Positions 48,893-61,700 of a stretch of 64,000 bases of DNA are shown here, piece by piece. A program made the translations under genes and the position numbers. The DNA comes from Blastocystis sp. ATCC 50177/Nand II (Eukaryota). A model generated the notes under the pieces. The model did no database searches. It was not told where the DNA came from and worked only from the letters and a program-made list of their open reading frames with translations. Location: NCBI GenBank assembly GCA_039096935.1, contig JBBPEE010000035.1:744001-808000 (forward strand). The letters are read 5' to 3'. The number at the start of each line of letters is the position of its first letter. The first letter of the stretch is position 1.

Positions 48893-50614
48893 AAGTAGTG
48901 GCACAAACCCCTGAAATGGCACAAACCCCGGAACGACCACCGGCGAAACGCCCACTACCCTGCCCAATGGATAGTACATGAAGAGTTATTAGGGTTAAGC
49001 CATAGATAGTCAAGAGCTCCTATGGAAGAATCTGGAGAAAAACGGTCCTCAAATCTCATTGGTCGACCGTATCTTTCGTCATTTCTCCCCCACAAGGCCT
49101 ATTTCTTCAAACCCTTTTGCATTTTCTTTGTGTTTACAACAAAACACTATCACACCGAATTTGGCCAGGCTCAGAACAGCTTCACTCCCGTCAATCGCGA
49201 TTTCCGGCAATTGCGGCGTTCTTCGTTCTTCTCCGGCAGCTGAGCTAGGATGGAGGAGTGGTCATCAGAAAGCAGTGTCGTTCGCTTCCAGGCCTGCAGG
49301 ATGTTGCTTCTTGTGAAGGCATCCGAAAAGGCGTTTCTAGAAGCATCGAGCACGGCTTCTATCCCGTTGCTCTTGCAGTACTCCTTGAGGTGGGTCTTAT
49401 AGGGACTATAGATCCCCACGTCCAGGGGTTGGAGGAGAGCAGTGGTCTTCGCAGGCAGGATGACCATATGGATGTTTTCACTTCTTAAAGCTCGCTCCAC
49501 AGCCTTGTCATACCGACTTGCGTGCGCATCTGCTATTATCAGGGCATGTCTATCCTTGTTGTTGCCTCTGATCTGATTTACCGCGGGAATCAGCAGATCG
49601 CGCATCCACCGAGCTAAGCTCTCATTGCTCATCCAACCCTTCGCGGACTGGGCAATGTAGTTATTATCCAAATGAATCTTCTCCAGAATCGGCGCGAGGC
49701 GCTTTCTGGGAGGGATAATGTAATACTCGGGTAATGCCAGACCCGCCCCCGAGATACAGCCTACCAGAGTATAGTGCTCTCTCGGATTGCCCTGCTTCTT
49801 GGTAGGGATATCCCCACGGGCATGAGCTACTTTACAGCGCGGCGCCTTGTCCTGGGGCGAGATCCACGATTCGTCAAAATTGAAAACAAGATCAGGTGTA
49901 ATTCCGTACTCTTTCAGAACCTTACCCACGAGAGCGAAGAACTCGCTCGCCTCATCAATGGATAGTAGTTTCTTAGTAGTATAGGAATTGCAACACTTAT
50001 CCAGCAAAAGCCCCCCCTCCCCCAAGATTTTGCGAATGTACCCTCTGGACACCAATCTCCGGTTATGCAAAACGGCGGGGCGTTTGGCCCGGACAATGTC
50101 CGTAACATACTCGCGCATCTCCTTCATAGTTGCACAATTACCCTCATGGGACTTGCACTCCACCCAGTCCCAAAATTCGACCTTTTCCACATCTCGAAGA
50201 TAGGGTGGTCTCCCGTTGCGCCCAACCTCCCTCCCCTCTTTCATCGCATTCACTGCACTATAGTAGGATGATTTGGAGAGTTTCAGTTTCTTCTGAAGAA
50301 GTTGATTGGAATCGACATCATCGCAATTCACATCGCCGCTCAGCCGTTTGATGGCGCTGAACTTCTTTCTGGGTGAGGTTTGATTCCTCACTTCACTCCT
50401 TGCAAACACGCGGTTCATCTCAAAGAAATAATGAAGATTGGCCAAAAAGGTAATGATTTCTGTTATTCGTTTTGGAAGATTCTGGAAGATTCTAGAACAT
50501 TTGATTGAATAAACATGTTTCTTACACTAATACCTATCCACATGAAAATTGGTGAAAAAGAACTAAGAGGTCGTTCCGGGGTTTGTGCCATTTCAGGGGT
50601 TTGTGCCACTACTT
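48893..50614 (-). mobile_element. pogo-type transposon, copy 6
   Basis: 46-bp TIRs; TA at 48891-92 and 50615-16. Confidence 0.97.
49171..50445 (-). CDS. pogo-type DD35D transposase, intact
   Basis: Identical 424-aa ORF. Confidence 0.93.
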   Translation of the reverse strand: MANLHYFFEMNRVFARSEVRNQTSPRKKFSAIKRLSGDVNCDDVDSNQLLQKKLKLSKSSYYSAVNAMKEGREVGRNGRPPYLRDVEKVEFWDWVECKSHEGNCATMKEMREYVTDIVRAKRPAVLHNRRLVSRGYIRKILGEGGLLLDKCCNSYTTKKLLSIDEASEFFALVGKVLKEYGITPDLVFNFDESWISPQDKAPRCKVAHARGDIPTKKQGNPREHYTLVGCISGAGLALPEYYIIPPRKRLAPILEKIHLDNNYIAQSAKGWMSNESLARWMRDLLIPAVNQIRGNNKDRHALIIADAHASRYDKAVERALRSENIHMVILPAKTTALLQPLDVGIYSPYKTHLKEYCKSNGIEAVLDASRNAFSDAFTRSNILQAWKRTTLLSDDHSSILAQLPEKNEERRNCRKSRLTGVKLF

Positions 50615-50719
50615 TAGAATTCGTGCATCCAATAGGAAGAGTGGAACCATTATTTTGATGCTGATAATGAAACTCTCCTTCATTACATCAAAAATAGTTT
50701 GAGAAAGGAAAAGAGAAAG

Positions 50720-53700
50720 ATGGAACCTGCTGCTGAACGTAATATCATATAATATACTTAAATATAGAAGCCCCTACCTTTGCTGACGTCTATCACGACA
50801 GAGAAGTTGAGATAAAGTAGTGGCACAAACCCCTGAAATGGCACAAACCCCGGAACGACCTCTTAGTTCTTTTTCACCAATTTTCATGTGGATAGGTATT
50901 AGTGTAAGAAACATGTTTATTCAATCAAATGTTCTAGAATCTTCCAGAATCTTCCAAAACGAATAACAGAAATCATTACCTTTTTGGCCAATCTTCATTA
51001 TTTCTTTGAGATGAACCGCGTGTTTGCAAGGAGTGAAGTGAGGAATCAAACCTCACCCAGAAAGAAGTTCAGCGCCATCAAACGGCTGAGCGGCGATGTG
51101 AATTGCGATGATGTCGATTCCAATCAACTTCTTCAGAAGAAACTGAAACTCTCCAAATCATCCTACTATAGTGCAGTGAATGCGATGAAAGAGGGGAGGG
51201 AGGTTGGGCGCAACGGGAGACCACCCTATCTTCGAGATGTGGAAAAGGTCGAATTTTGGGACTGGGTGGAGTGCAAGTCCCATGAGGGTAATTGTGCAAC
51301 TATGAAGGAGATGCGCGAGTATGTTACGGACATTGTCCGGGCCAAACGCCCCGCCGTTTTGCATAACCGGAGATTGGTGTCCAGAGGGTACATTCGCAAA
51401 ATCTTGGGGGAGGGGGGGCTTTTGCTGGATAAGTGTTGCAATTCCTATACTACTAAGAAACTACTATCCATTGATGAGGCGAGCGAGTTCTTCGCTCTCG
51501 TGGGTAAGGTTCTGAAAGAGTACGGAATTACACCTGATCTTGTTTTCAATTTTGACGAATCGTGGATCTCGCCCCAGGACAAGGCGCCGCGCTGTAAAGT
51601 AGCTCATGCCCGTGGGGATATCCCTACCAAGAAGCAGGGCAATCCGAGAGAGCACTATACTCTGGTAGGCTGTATCTCGGGGGCGGGTCTGGCATTACCC
51701 GAGTATTACATTATCCCTCCCAGAAAGCGCCTCGCGCCGATTCTGGAGAAGATTCATTTGGATAATAACTACATTGCCCAGTCCGCGAAGGGTTGGATGA
51801 GCAATGAGAGCTTAGCTCGGTGGATGCGCGATCTGCTGATTCCCGCGGTAAATCAGATCAGAGGCAACAACAAGGATAGACATGCCCTGATAATAGCAGA
51901 TGCGCACGCAAGTCGGTATGACAAGGCTGTGGAGCGAGCTTTAAGAAGTGAAAACATCCATATGGTCATCCTGCCTGCGAAGACCACTGCTCTCCTCCAA
52001 CCCCTGGACGTGGGGATCTATAGTCCCTATAAGACCCACCTCAAGGAGTACTGCAAGAGCAACGGGATAGAAGCCGTGCTCGATGCTTCTAGAAACGCCT
52101 TTTCGGATGCCTTCACAAGAAGCAACATCCTGCAGGCCTGGAAGCGAACGACACTGCTTTCTGATGACCACTCCTCCATCCTAGCTCAGCTGCCGGAGAA
52201 GAACGAAGAACGCCGCAATTGCCGGAAATCGCGATTGACGGGAGTGAAGCTGTTCTGAGCCTGGCCAAATTCGGTGTGATAGTGTTTTGTTGTAAACACA
52301 AAGAAAATGCAAAAGGGTTTGAAGAAATAGGCCTTGTGGGGGAGAAATGACGAAAGATACGGTCGACCAATGAGATTTGAGGACCGTTTTTCTCCAGATT
52401 CTTCCATAGGAGCTCTTGACTATCTATGGCTTAACCCTAATAACTCTTCATGTACTATCCATTGGGCAGGGTAGTGGGCGTTTCGCCGGTGGTCGTTCCG
52501 GGGTTTGTGCCATTTCAGGGGTTTGTGCCACTACTTTAATACAGATCCCGCAAGGCAGTTTTAACGTGGATGATGCCATTGATTTGACGGGATACCATAA
52601 TCTAAAAACACTGCATGTGGGGAGTGAGTCCTTACAGAACGTGAAGGAATTGGTACTGAAGGGACTTACGTCATTGGAAACAGTTGCAATTGGAGATGGC
52701 TGCTTCCTGTCTTGCAGAAGAACTGTTTTTGAGAGTCGTTTTGCATTATCTCCTGAATGAATAGACTTGCCGAATCTGAAAAACATTACCATTGGTAATG
52801 AGTCCTTCCAAGGAAGCCCTGATGTTGAGTGTGAATTGAAACTGAGCAGTATTTGCTCTATTGTTCTATTACATATAGAGTTGGAGAAATTGGAGTCGCT
52901 CATTATCGGGAGCAACTCTTTTGAATGGGTGAAAGAACTGAAGATGGCGAACTTAACTCACCTGAAGAAACTACTGTTTAATGTAGGCTCATTTGGATCC
53001 TCCTTGGATGGTTCATTTGAAATGAGATACTGTGGGAAAGCAGTGAAAGGAGAGAAATCGGATAGTGAGCAATCCACTGGAAAAGGAGTTGATGAGACCA
53101 AGAAAAGCAATGCGGCTAAGACAGTTGATGTGGTTACGATAGGTGAAGAGGCTGATGAGGGTTTCTTCTTTGGTGATGAATCATTCATGCACTGGAATGA
53201 ATTCATCATCAGTGATTGTTCAGTCAAGAGAGTCATGATTGGTGTTGACTGCTTTTTGAGATGTGAGTATGCGGTGTTCAATGGTAGGTTAGTAAATGGT
53301 TGTGATGATAAATAGCCATTAAAAGGCTCGATAACTTGGAGACAATGATGTACTCATTCTATGGAAATGAACGGGCTATGTGCGAACTACGAATGATTGG
53401 TTATGTTGGCTTGCATTCTTGACACCTAGATCTGAGTGATTTGAAACGGTTGAAGTATCATCAGGGTTCATTCCATCGCACTACAGAAGCGGATTTCAGA
53501 GACACGTTCAATGTGGAGAAGGAGAACATGAAGCATATCATCCATGGATCCTTCAGGAAACTGGATTATTTGGGTGTGCAGAATGCTGGTGACATAAGGC
53601 TTCAAGCTGTAGTGAAGGATAAGGGAAGTGAGCTGAAAGAACAGAAGGTAATCAATGATGGGGCTGATTTCGTTAACCTTGATAACTTCAGTGTTGTATT

Positions 53701-54440
53701 TGTGGCTAATGAACTGCAGATCAATCAGAACTCCTTTGAACATTGTCAGTCTGTTCGCATGCTAATCATTGGTAATGGCTGCAGAAGTAATATCCAAAGC
53801 ATGGAATTGATTAACATGCTAAACCTGGAGAGAATTGAAATCGGAAGCAGTTGCTTCAACAGTGTCACTGCACTGCGTGTGGAGAACTGCCCCAAATTGA
53901 GAAGACTGTTCATCGGTGATGGTTCATTTGAGAGAATCAGAAAGTGTGTGATTGAGAACAATGAGGAACTGCTGGAGCTGCAGTTGGGTGGTAATAAGGG
54001 AGTTTCTATTGAAAGAGATGAGAAAAAGCCAGCGAGGATTGACATGGGGAAAAAGACTCCGTTGAACCCCAAGAGGGAGGGAGAAAAGGAGGATCACGAG
54101 GAGCAACGTATTCTGAGACTCGCCAGTTGGTATTATTCATACACAGTCATGAATAGACCTTCCCGTGTTGAAGAGAGTCCTGCTTGGGGATCACTTTTTC
54201 CTTGGTTGCAGTGAATTGACCCTTGAAAGTGCAATAACAGTCCTACGCTAATGATTAGATCTGCGTTCCCTGACATCCATTTTCCGTCCTGAATTGAAGG
54301 ACATTGCGTTCCATCAACTCAAGACGCTTTCCATTACCAGTCCTATTCATGAACTCTAATGACAAGTAGATGTTCTTGTGACATTGAAAGTGAAAGTGGA
54401 GGACAATGAAAATGGAATGAAGATTGAAAGCCGTTTGTAA
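50720..54440 (+). CDS. Leucine-rich repeat protein (LxxLxIGxxSF repeats), multi-exon, interrupted by pogo copy 7
   Basis: Repeats such as LETVAIGDGCF, LKNITIGNESF, LERIEIGSSCF. Removing the insert gives REVEI-IQIPQGSF in frame. TGTTTGTT at 54462-54469. Confidence 0.8.
50815..52536 (+). mobile_element. pogo-type transposon, copy 7
   Basis: 46-bp TIRs; TA at 50813-14 and 52537-38. Confidence 0.97.
50984..52258 (+). CDS. pogo-type DD35D transposase, intact
   Basis: Identical 424-aa ORF. Confidence 0.93.
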   Translation: MANLHYFFEMNRVFARSEVRNQTSPRKKFSAIKRLSGDVNCDDVDSNQLLQKKLKLSKSSYYSAVNAMKEGREVGRNGRPPYLRDVEKVEFWDWVECKSHEGNCATMKEMREYVTDIVRAKRPAVLHNRRLVSRGYIRKILGEGGLLLDKCCNSYTTKKLLSIDEASEFFALVGKVLKEYGITPDLVFNFDESWISPQDKAPRCKVAHARGDIPTKKQGNPREHYTLVGCISGAGLALPEYYIIPPRKRLAPILEKIHLDNNYIAQSAKGWMSNESLARWMRDLLIPAVNQIRGNNKDRHALIIADAHASRYDKAVERALRSENIHMVILPAKTTALLQPLDVGIYSPYKTHLKEYCKSNGIEAVLDASRNAFSDAFTRSNILQAWKRTTLLSDDHSSILAQLPEKNEERRNCRKSRLTGVKLF

Positions 54441-54581
54441 GGATAAGACCTCAGGCCTTACTGTTTGTTCTCAGCATGTCCACTCCCTGCATGTGCGAGT
54501 AATATGTATAAGCAAAAGCGTATAATTACTTTGTTCTTGAATGATCGCAGGCCTTTGTGAAGCCCAAATGGAGAGAGGTGC

Positions 54582-54670
54582 AGGTTTCAGTACAACCACA
54601 GGTATAAATGCCACTCACTATTGAAACGCCACCACTACCACATGATATGACACATTGCCTACTGTACAGA
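54582..54670 (+). repeat. Diverged solo copy of the MULE-B terminal sequence
   Basis: GTACAACCACAGGTATAAATGCC...TTGAAACGCCACCACTACCA matches 37656-37706. Confidence 0.8.
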
Positions 54671-54769
54671 CGAGTATCAAGATAGTCAACACCCCTTAAT
54701 GCATGTGTGAAGAGATCTTTCAGAGTTCTTGTATCACCGGCAACAATTTCGTAATCATTCAATAAGGCT

Positions 54770-55400
54770 TGCCACTTTTCCTAATCATAATGCCCACTCC
54801 ACTATTCAGCTTTTCCTGAAACCAATGACATGAAGACGGATAGTCCTTCTTCGACCCACATCAAGAAACACTTCATGGGATGAACGTAGCGCTCCATGCA
54901 TCAAGAAACGTCCTTTCAGATGCCTTCACAAGATGCTGTATCACCAATTCTTATAGACGTCGTTTTTTCTTATCACCATACCTTACGCATATTTCAACGA
55001 ACAGAGTAGAACAGAGAAAACAGCCTTAGTTGGTAATCGCCACTAGACGGGTTTCTAGCCCTTGAAGAAGGCACCGTTTCTTCTCAAACACTCTCTTGAG
55101 TGGTGTCTAACAGCTAAGGATCATCAGCACTCTCCACTATCTCTATAAGGTGACTAAGCGAAAAACGCGATGAATGGATGCAGGATGGGAAGACTAGTGG
55201 TTTGTTACAGCAGATAGTGGCGATTAGTAATCATCGTTCATTGCCAAACAATTGATCTGTGAGTTGTTTGCTGATAAAGAACATGGATAATGAAACGCGT
55301 GACACACCATTCACAATTGCCTCTACCATATCCTTAATCCTATATCACCACCATCGAAAGAAGAATCGAGAGAGGCATGGGGGTCATTCTTGGGTGTATT
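54770..55400 (+). mobile_element. Highly decayed pogo-family relic
   Basis: GATGCCTTCACAAGA and neighbouring sequence match the transposase 3' part; GGGGGTCATTCTTGGGT (about 55379-55395) is shared with the 3' end of the 5.1-6.6 kb relic. Confidence 0.65.
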
Positions 55401-55758
55401 GGAGTGTGGTGGATTTCTAGAGGTTTTTAGCCATCCCCACTTCATTATTGGGACTATAGCATTAATAATACGCCCTAAACATAACAAGCATTCATTTTTA
55501 TTTTGGTTTAGACCAAAAGCCAAGTTCGTTTTATTATGACGCCGCCTAGCATTACCAGTGATGACTCTATTCACTCTAGCACCCCAAAGAATAGAGAAAA
55601 GGGTAGGATTGTTGTGTTCATTGGATACGAAGAGCAGCTGTGGTAACGTCTTATAGGCAACAGAAAGAAAGATGCTTGTATCAGAAAGAACGAAAAAGGA
55701 GAATCAAGGAACGGTAGTGTTTGTTGATAATCGTTACAGATAGATTGTAAACATTCCA

Positions 55759-58700
55759 ATGAAACGGCTTCGGAACCAGAACAAGCATGTAGGTGCTACT
55801 ATTGTTATGTGACTATAGTTATCATAGTTGAAGTGAATCCGGAGGAAGAGTGTTTCAAAACTGATAAGTGTATTCCGGTGGTAGTTAGCTCAACGTGTTA
55901 TACATAGTACACAGATTTTCAATTTGATGATGCAAGCGTCACAAATGTGTCTTTTATTACGCATTTTCATTCTGATCACCTTAATGGTCTAACTTCAGAG
56001 GATAGTAACTCGGATGCAATAGCCACCACCACTCAGGTTATATTTGGTTGGTATTAGCAGAATGGATAATGATATAGCTACTAGAACAACGTGCGCAATT
56101 CTCAATCGGATAATGGATACAAAGAAAGAATGGTATAATAGGAGTAAAGTAGTGGCACAAACCCCTGAAATGGCACAAACCCCGGAACGACCACCGGCGA
56201 AACGCCCACTACCCTGCCCAATGGATAGTACATGAAGAGTTATTAGGGTTAAGCCATAGATAGTCAAGAGCTCCTATGGAAGAATCTGGAGAAAAACGGT
56301 CCTCAAATCTCATTGGTCGACCGTATCTTTCGTCATTTCTCCCCCACAAGGCCTATTTCTTCAAACCCTTTTGCATTTTCTTTGTGTTTACAACAAAACA
56401 CTATCACACCGAATTTGGCCAGGCTCAGAACAGCTTCACTCCCGTCAATCGCGATTTCCGGCAATTGCGGCGTTCTTCGTTCTTCTCCGGCAGCTGAGCT
56501 AGGATGGAGGAGTGGTCATCAGAAAGCAGTGTCGTTCGCTTCCAGGCCTGCAGGATGTTGCTTCTTGTGAAGGCATCCGAAAAGGCGTTTCTAGAAGCAT
56601 CGAGCACGGCTTCTATCCCGTTGCTCTTGCAGTACTCCTTGAGGTGGGTCTTATAGGGACTATAGATCCCCACGTCCAGGGGTTGGAGGAGAGCAGTGGT
56701 CTTCGCAGGCAGGATGACCATATGGATGTTTTCACTTCTTAAAGCTCGCTCCACAGCCTTGTCATACCGACTTGCGTGCGCATCTGCTATTATCAGGGCA
56801 TGTCTATCCTTGTTGTTGCCTCTGATCTGATTTACCGCGGGAATCAGCAGATCGCGCATCCACCGAGCTAAGCTCTCATTGCTCATCCAACCCTTCGCGG
56901 ACTGGGCAATGTAGTTATTATCCAAATGAATCTTCTCCAGAATCGGCGCGAGGCGCTTTCTGGGAGGGATAATGTAATACTCGGGTAATGCCAGACCCGC
57001 CCCCGAGATACAGCCTACCAGAGTATAGTGCTCTCTCGGATTGCCCTGCTTCTTGGTAGGGATATCCCCACGGGCATGAGCTACTTTACAGCGCGGCGCC
57101 TTGTCCTGGGGCGAGATCCACGATTCGTCAAAATTGAAAACAAGATCAGGTGTAATTCCGTACTCTTTCAGAACCTTACCCACGAGAGCGAAGAACTCGC
57201 TCGCCTCATCAATGGATAGTAGTTTCTTAGTAGTATAGGAATTGCAACACTTATCCAGCAAAAGCCCCCCCTCCCCCAAGATTTTGCGAATGTACCCTCT
57301 GGACACCAATCTCCGGTTATGCAAAACGGCGGGGCGTTTGGCCCGGACAATGTCCGTAACATACTCGCGCATCTCCTTCATAGTTGCACAATTACCCTCA
57401 TGGGACTTGCACTCCACCCAGTCCCAAAATTCGACCTTTTCCACATCTCGAAGATAGGGTGGTCTCCCGTTGCGCCCAACCTCCCTCCCCTCTTTCATCG
57501 CATTCACTGCACTATAGTAGGATGATTTGGAGAGTTTCAGTTTCTTCTGAAGAAGTTGATTGGAATCGACATCATCGCAATTCACATCGCCGCTCAGCCG
57601 TTTGATGGCGCTGAACTTCTTTCTGGGTGAGGTTTGATTCCTCACTTCACTCCTTGCAAACACGCGGTTCATCTCAAAGAAATAATGAAGATTGGCCAAA
57701 AAGGTAATGATTTCTGTTATTCGTTTTGGAAGATTCTGGAAGATTCTAGAACATTTGATTGAATAAACATGTTTCTTACACTAATACCTATCCACATGAA
57801 AATTGGTGAAAAAGAACTAAGAGGTCGTTCCGGGGTTTGTGCCATTTCAGGGGTTTGTGCCACTACTTTAGTGCTCTCTCGGATTGCCCTGCTTCTTGGT
57901 AGGGATATCCCCACGGGCATGAGCTACTTTACAGCGCGGCGCCTTGTCCTGGGGCGAGATCCACGATTCGTCAAAATTGAAAACAAGATCAGGTGTAATT
58001 CCGTACTCTTTCAGAACCTTACCCACGAGAGCGAAGAACTCGCTCGCCTCATCAATGGATAGTAGTTTCTTAGTAGTATAGGAATTGCAACACTTATCCA
58101 GCAAAAGCCCCCCCTCCCCCAAGATTTTGCGAATGTACCCTCTGGACACCAATCTCCGGTTATGCAAAACGGCGGGGCGTTTGGCCCGGACAATGTCCGT
58201 AACATACTCGCGCATCTCCTTCATAGTTGCACAATTACCCTCATGGGACTTGCACTCCACCCAGTCCCAAAATTCGACCTTTTCCACATCTCGAAGATAG
58301 GGTGGTCTCCCGTTGCGCCCAACCTCCCTCCCCTCTTTCATCGCATTCACTGCACTATAGTAGGATGATTTGGAGAGTTTCAGTTTCTTCTGAAGAAGTT
58401 GATTGGAATCGACATCATCGCAATTCACATCGCCGCTCAGCCGTTTGATGGCGCTGAACTTCTTTCTGGGTGAGGTTTGATTCCTCACTTCACTCCTTGC
58501 AAACACGCGGTTCATCTCAAAGAAATAATGAAGATTGGCCAAAAAGGTAATGATTTCTGTTATTCGTTTTGGAAGATTCTGGAAGATTCTAGAACATTTG
58601 ATTGAATAAACATGTTTCTTACACTAATACCTATCCACATGAAAATTGGTGAAAAAGAACTAAGAGGTCGTTCCGGGGTTTGTGCCATTTCAGGGGTTTG

Positions 58701-61700
58701 TGCCACTACTTTATTATGGGAAATACTGTTATCTGCAAGAGCATAGAATGCCATGAAATGGACATGGATCAGCAGTACGTTTTCATTCCTATCAGTGTTA
58801 AAGGCAACGATAAGTTGATAGCTAAAATACAGCAATGGTTTGGTAATCAAAAATACACGCTCTTCTATACGAATGGTATTCATGAAGGTGAGAATCAAAC
58901 AAGGTAGTGTAAAGTAGTGGCACAAACCCCTGAAATGGCACAAACCCCGGAACGACCTCTTAGTTCTTTTTCACCAATTTTCATGTGGATAGGTATTAGT
59001 GTAAGAAACATGTTTATTCAATCAAATGTTCTAGAATCTTCCAGAATCTTCCAAAACGAATAACAGAAATCATTACCTTTTTGGCCAATCTTCATTATTT
59101 CTTTGAGATGAACCGCGTGTTTGCAAGGAGTGAAGTGAGGAATCAAACCTCACCCAGAAAGAAGTTCAGCGCCATCAAACGGCTGAGCGGCGATGTGAAT
59201 TGCGATGATGTCGATTCCAATCAACTTCTTCAGAAGAAACTGAAACTCTCCAAATCATCCTACTATAGTGCAGTGAATGCGATGAAAGAGGGGAGGGAGG
59301 TTGGGCGCAACGGGAGACCACCCTATCTTCGAGATGTGGAAAAGGTCGAATTTTGGGACTGGGTGGAGTGCAAGTCCCATGAGGGTAATTGTGCAACTAT
59401 GAAGGAGATGCGCGAGTATGTTACGGACATTGTCCGGGCCAAACGCCCCGCCGTTTTGCATAACCGGAGATTGGTGTCCAGAGGGTACATTCGCAAAATC
59501 TTGGGGGAGGGGGGGCTTTTGCTGGATAAGTGTTGCAATTCCTATACTACTAAGAAACTACTATCCATTGATGAGGCGAGCGAGTTCTTCGCTCTCGTGG
59601 GTAAGGTTCTGAAAGAGTACGGAATTACACCTGATCTTGTTTTCAATTTTGACGAATCGTGGATCTCGCCCCAGGACAAGGCGCCGCGCTGTAAAGTAGC
59701 TCATGCCCGTGGGGATATCCCTACCAAGAAGCAGGGCAATCCGAGAGAGCACTATACTCTGGTAGGCTGTATCTCGGGGGCGGGTCTGGCATTACCCGAG
59801 TATTACATTATCCCTCCCAGAAAGCGCCTCGCGCCGATTCTGGAGAAGATTCATTTGGATAATAACTACATTGCCCAGTCCGCGAAGGGTTGGATGAGCA
59901 ATGAGAGCTTAGCTCGGTGGATGCGCGATCTGCTGATTCCCGCGGTAAATCAGATCAGAGGCAACAACAAGGATAGACATGCCCTGATAATAGCAGATGC
60001 GCACGCAAGTCGGTATGACAAGGCTGTGGAGCGAGCTTTAAGAAGTGAAAACATCCATATGGTCATCCTGCCTGCGAAGACCACTGCTCTCCTCCAACCC
60101 CTGGACGTGGGGATCTATAGTCCCTATAAGACCCACCTCAAGGAGTACTGCAAGAGCAACGGGATAGAAGCCGTGCTCGATGCTTCTAGAAACGCCTTTT
60201 CGGATGCCTTCACAAGAAGCAACATCCTGCAGGCCTGGAAGCGAACGACACTGCTTTCTGATGACCACTCCTCCATCCTAGCTCAGCTGCCGGAGAAGAA
60301 CGAAGAACGCCGCAATTGCCGGAAATCGCGATTGACGGGAGTGAAGCTGTTCTGAGCCTGGCCAAATTCGGTGTGATAGTGTTTTGTTGTAAACACAAAG
60401 AAAATGCAAAAGGGTTTGAAGAAATAGGCCTTGTGGGGGAGAAATGACGAAAGATACGGTCGACCAATGAGATTTGAGGACCGTTTTTCTCCAGATTCTT
60501 CCATAGGAGCTCTTGACTATCTATGGCTTAACCCTAATAACTCTTCATGTACTATCCATTGGGCAGGGTAGTGGGCGTTTCGCCGGTGGTCGTTCCGGGG
60601 TTTGTGCCATTTCAGGGGTTTGTGCCACTACTTTATCACACGAATGCGGTGAAAGAGTCTATGAAACCAGATTCACCACTCAGGTTGCTTCTCCTTTCTT
60701 CTTTCATTTGTAGGGTTGTCACTGTCAGAGCATTTGATGCCCATCATTGTCCTGGTTCTTGCATGTTCCTATTTGAAATGTTTGAAGGGAAAGGTCAAGA
60801 TCTGCATCCCTTCTTCAGTATGCTATACACTGGAGACTTCCGCTATGATGAAAGTATGAAAGAGGAGTGGAAAGGCATTAAGAGGATTCCCAAATTGACT
60901 CTATTACATGTTGATGATACGTGCTTCTGCGAGAATAGGAAAGAGTATTCTGGAAGAACATGCTCACGAGAAGAAGCATCAAAGAAGCTGGATTTATGGA
61001 TTAGCAGAATGAAGAGAAACTATGTGAATTCCTATTCCTTTGAGTTAGTATTAGAAGAGTAAACATCAAGTCAATATTGTGTGTAGTAAGGATGAGGATA
61101 TGTACTGAAGATGCTGTCTTTGAAATGATAGATGGATAGAATCACTAACAAAGAAAACTGTTAAGGGATTCATTTATATCAAAAAGTACTAATAGGATAG
61201 CTTGTATGACCCTATAGTGGCTCTCAGGATGAAGATAAGACCAAGGATATTAGAACGTCAAAGAGATTCACTACAGAGAAGGATGAAGCAAAGTGATCCG
61301 TGGGGGGTCAATCAACTCTAGGTATCTCATAACCAGTGAAACTGTGCAGATTGATGAGACGAAACCCACGCTTCTTGTTTATCTTCACACCAATGATAAC
61401 GGTGCAATTAGTCTATTTAAAGCACTTGTTCATAAAGGGTTTGTATTATTCTGTTGAAACTACTGTTGTAGAAGCCACAGCACTTGTCAGGAGCTAAAGG
61501 ACTTTTGCTCGATACTGGACTACAGAATGATTGCTTCTCATTACAACTTGTTGCCCCCAACAATCAGTGATTGGAGAATTATTGTGGAGAATAACAGGGT
61601 TAACGAGTAGTAGAAGCTTCATTCCTATGAAGAGAGTTTTGTGTCTTTTATTCAATTGTTCTATCAAACAACACCAGTATAGGGTGTTTCGATATATCTG

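Noticed and set aside
38815..50815. Copies 5 and 7 start exactly 12,000 bp apart
   Set aside because: No other regular spacing and the flanks are unrelated; treated as coincidence.
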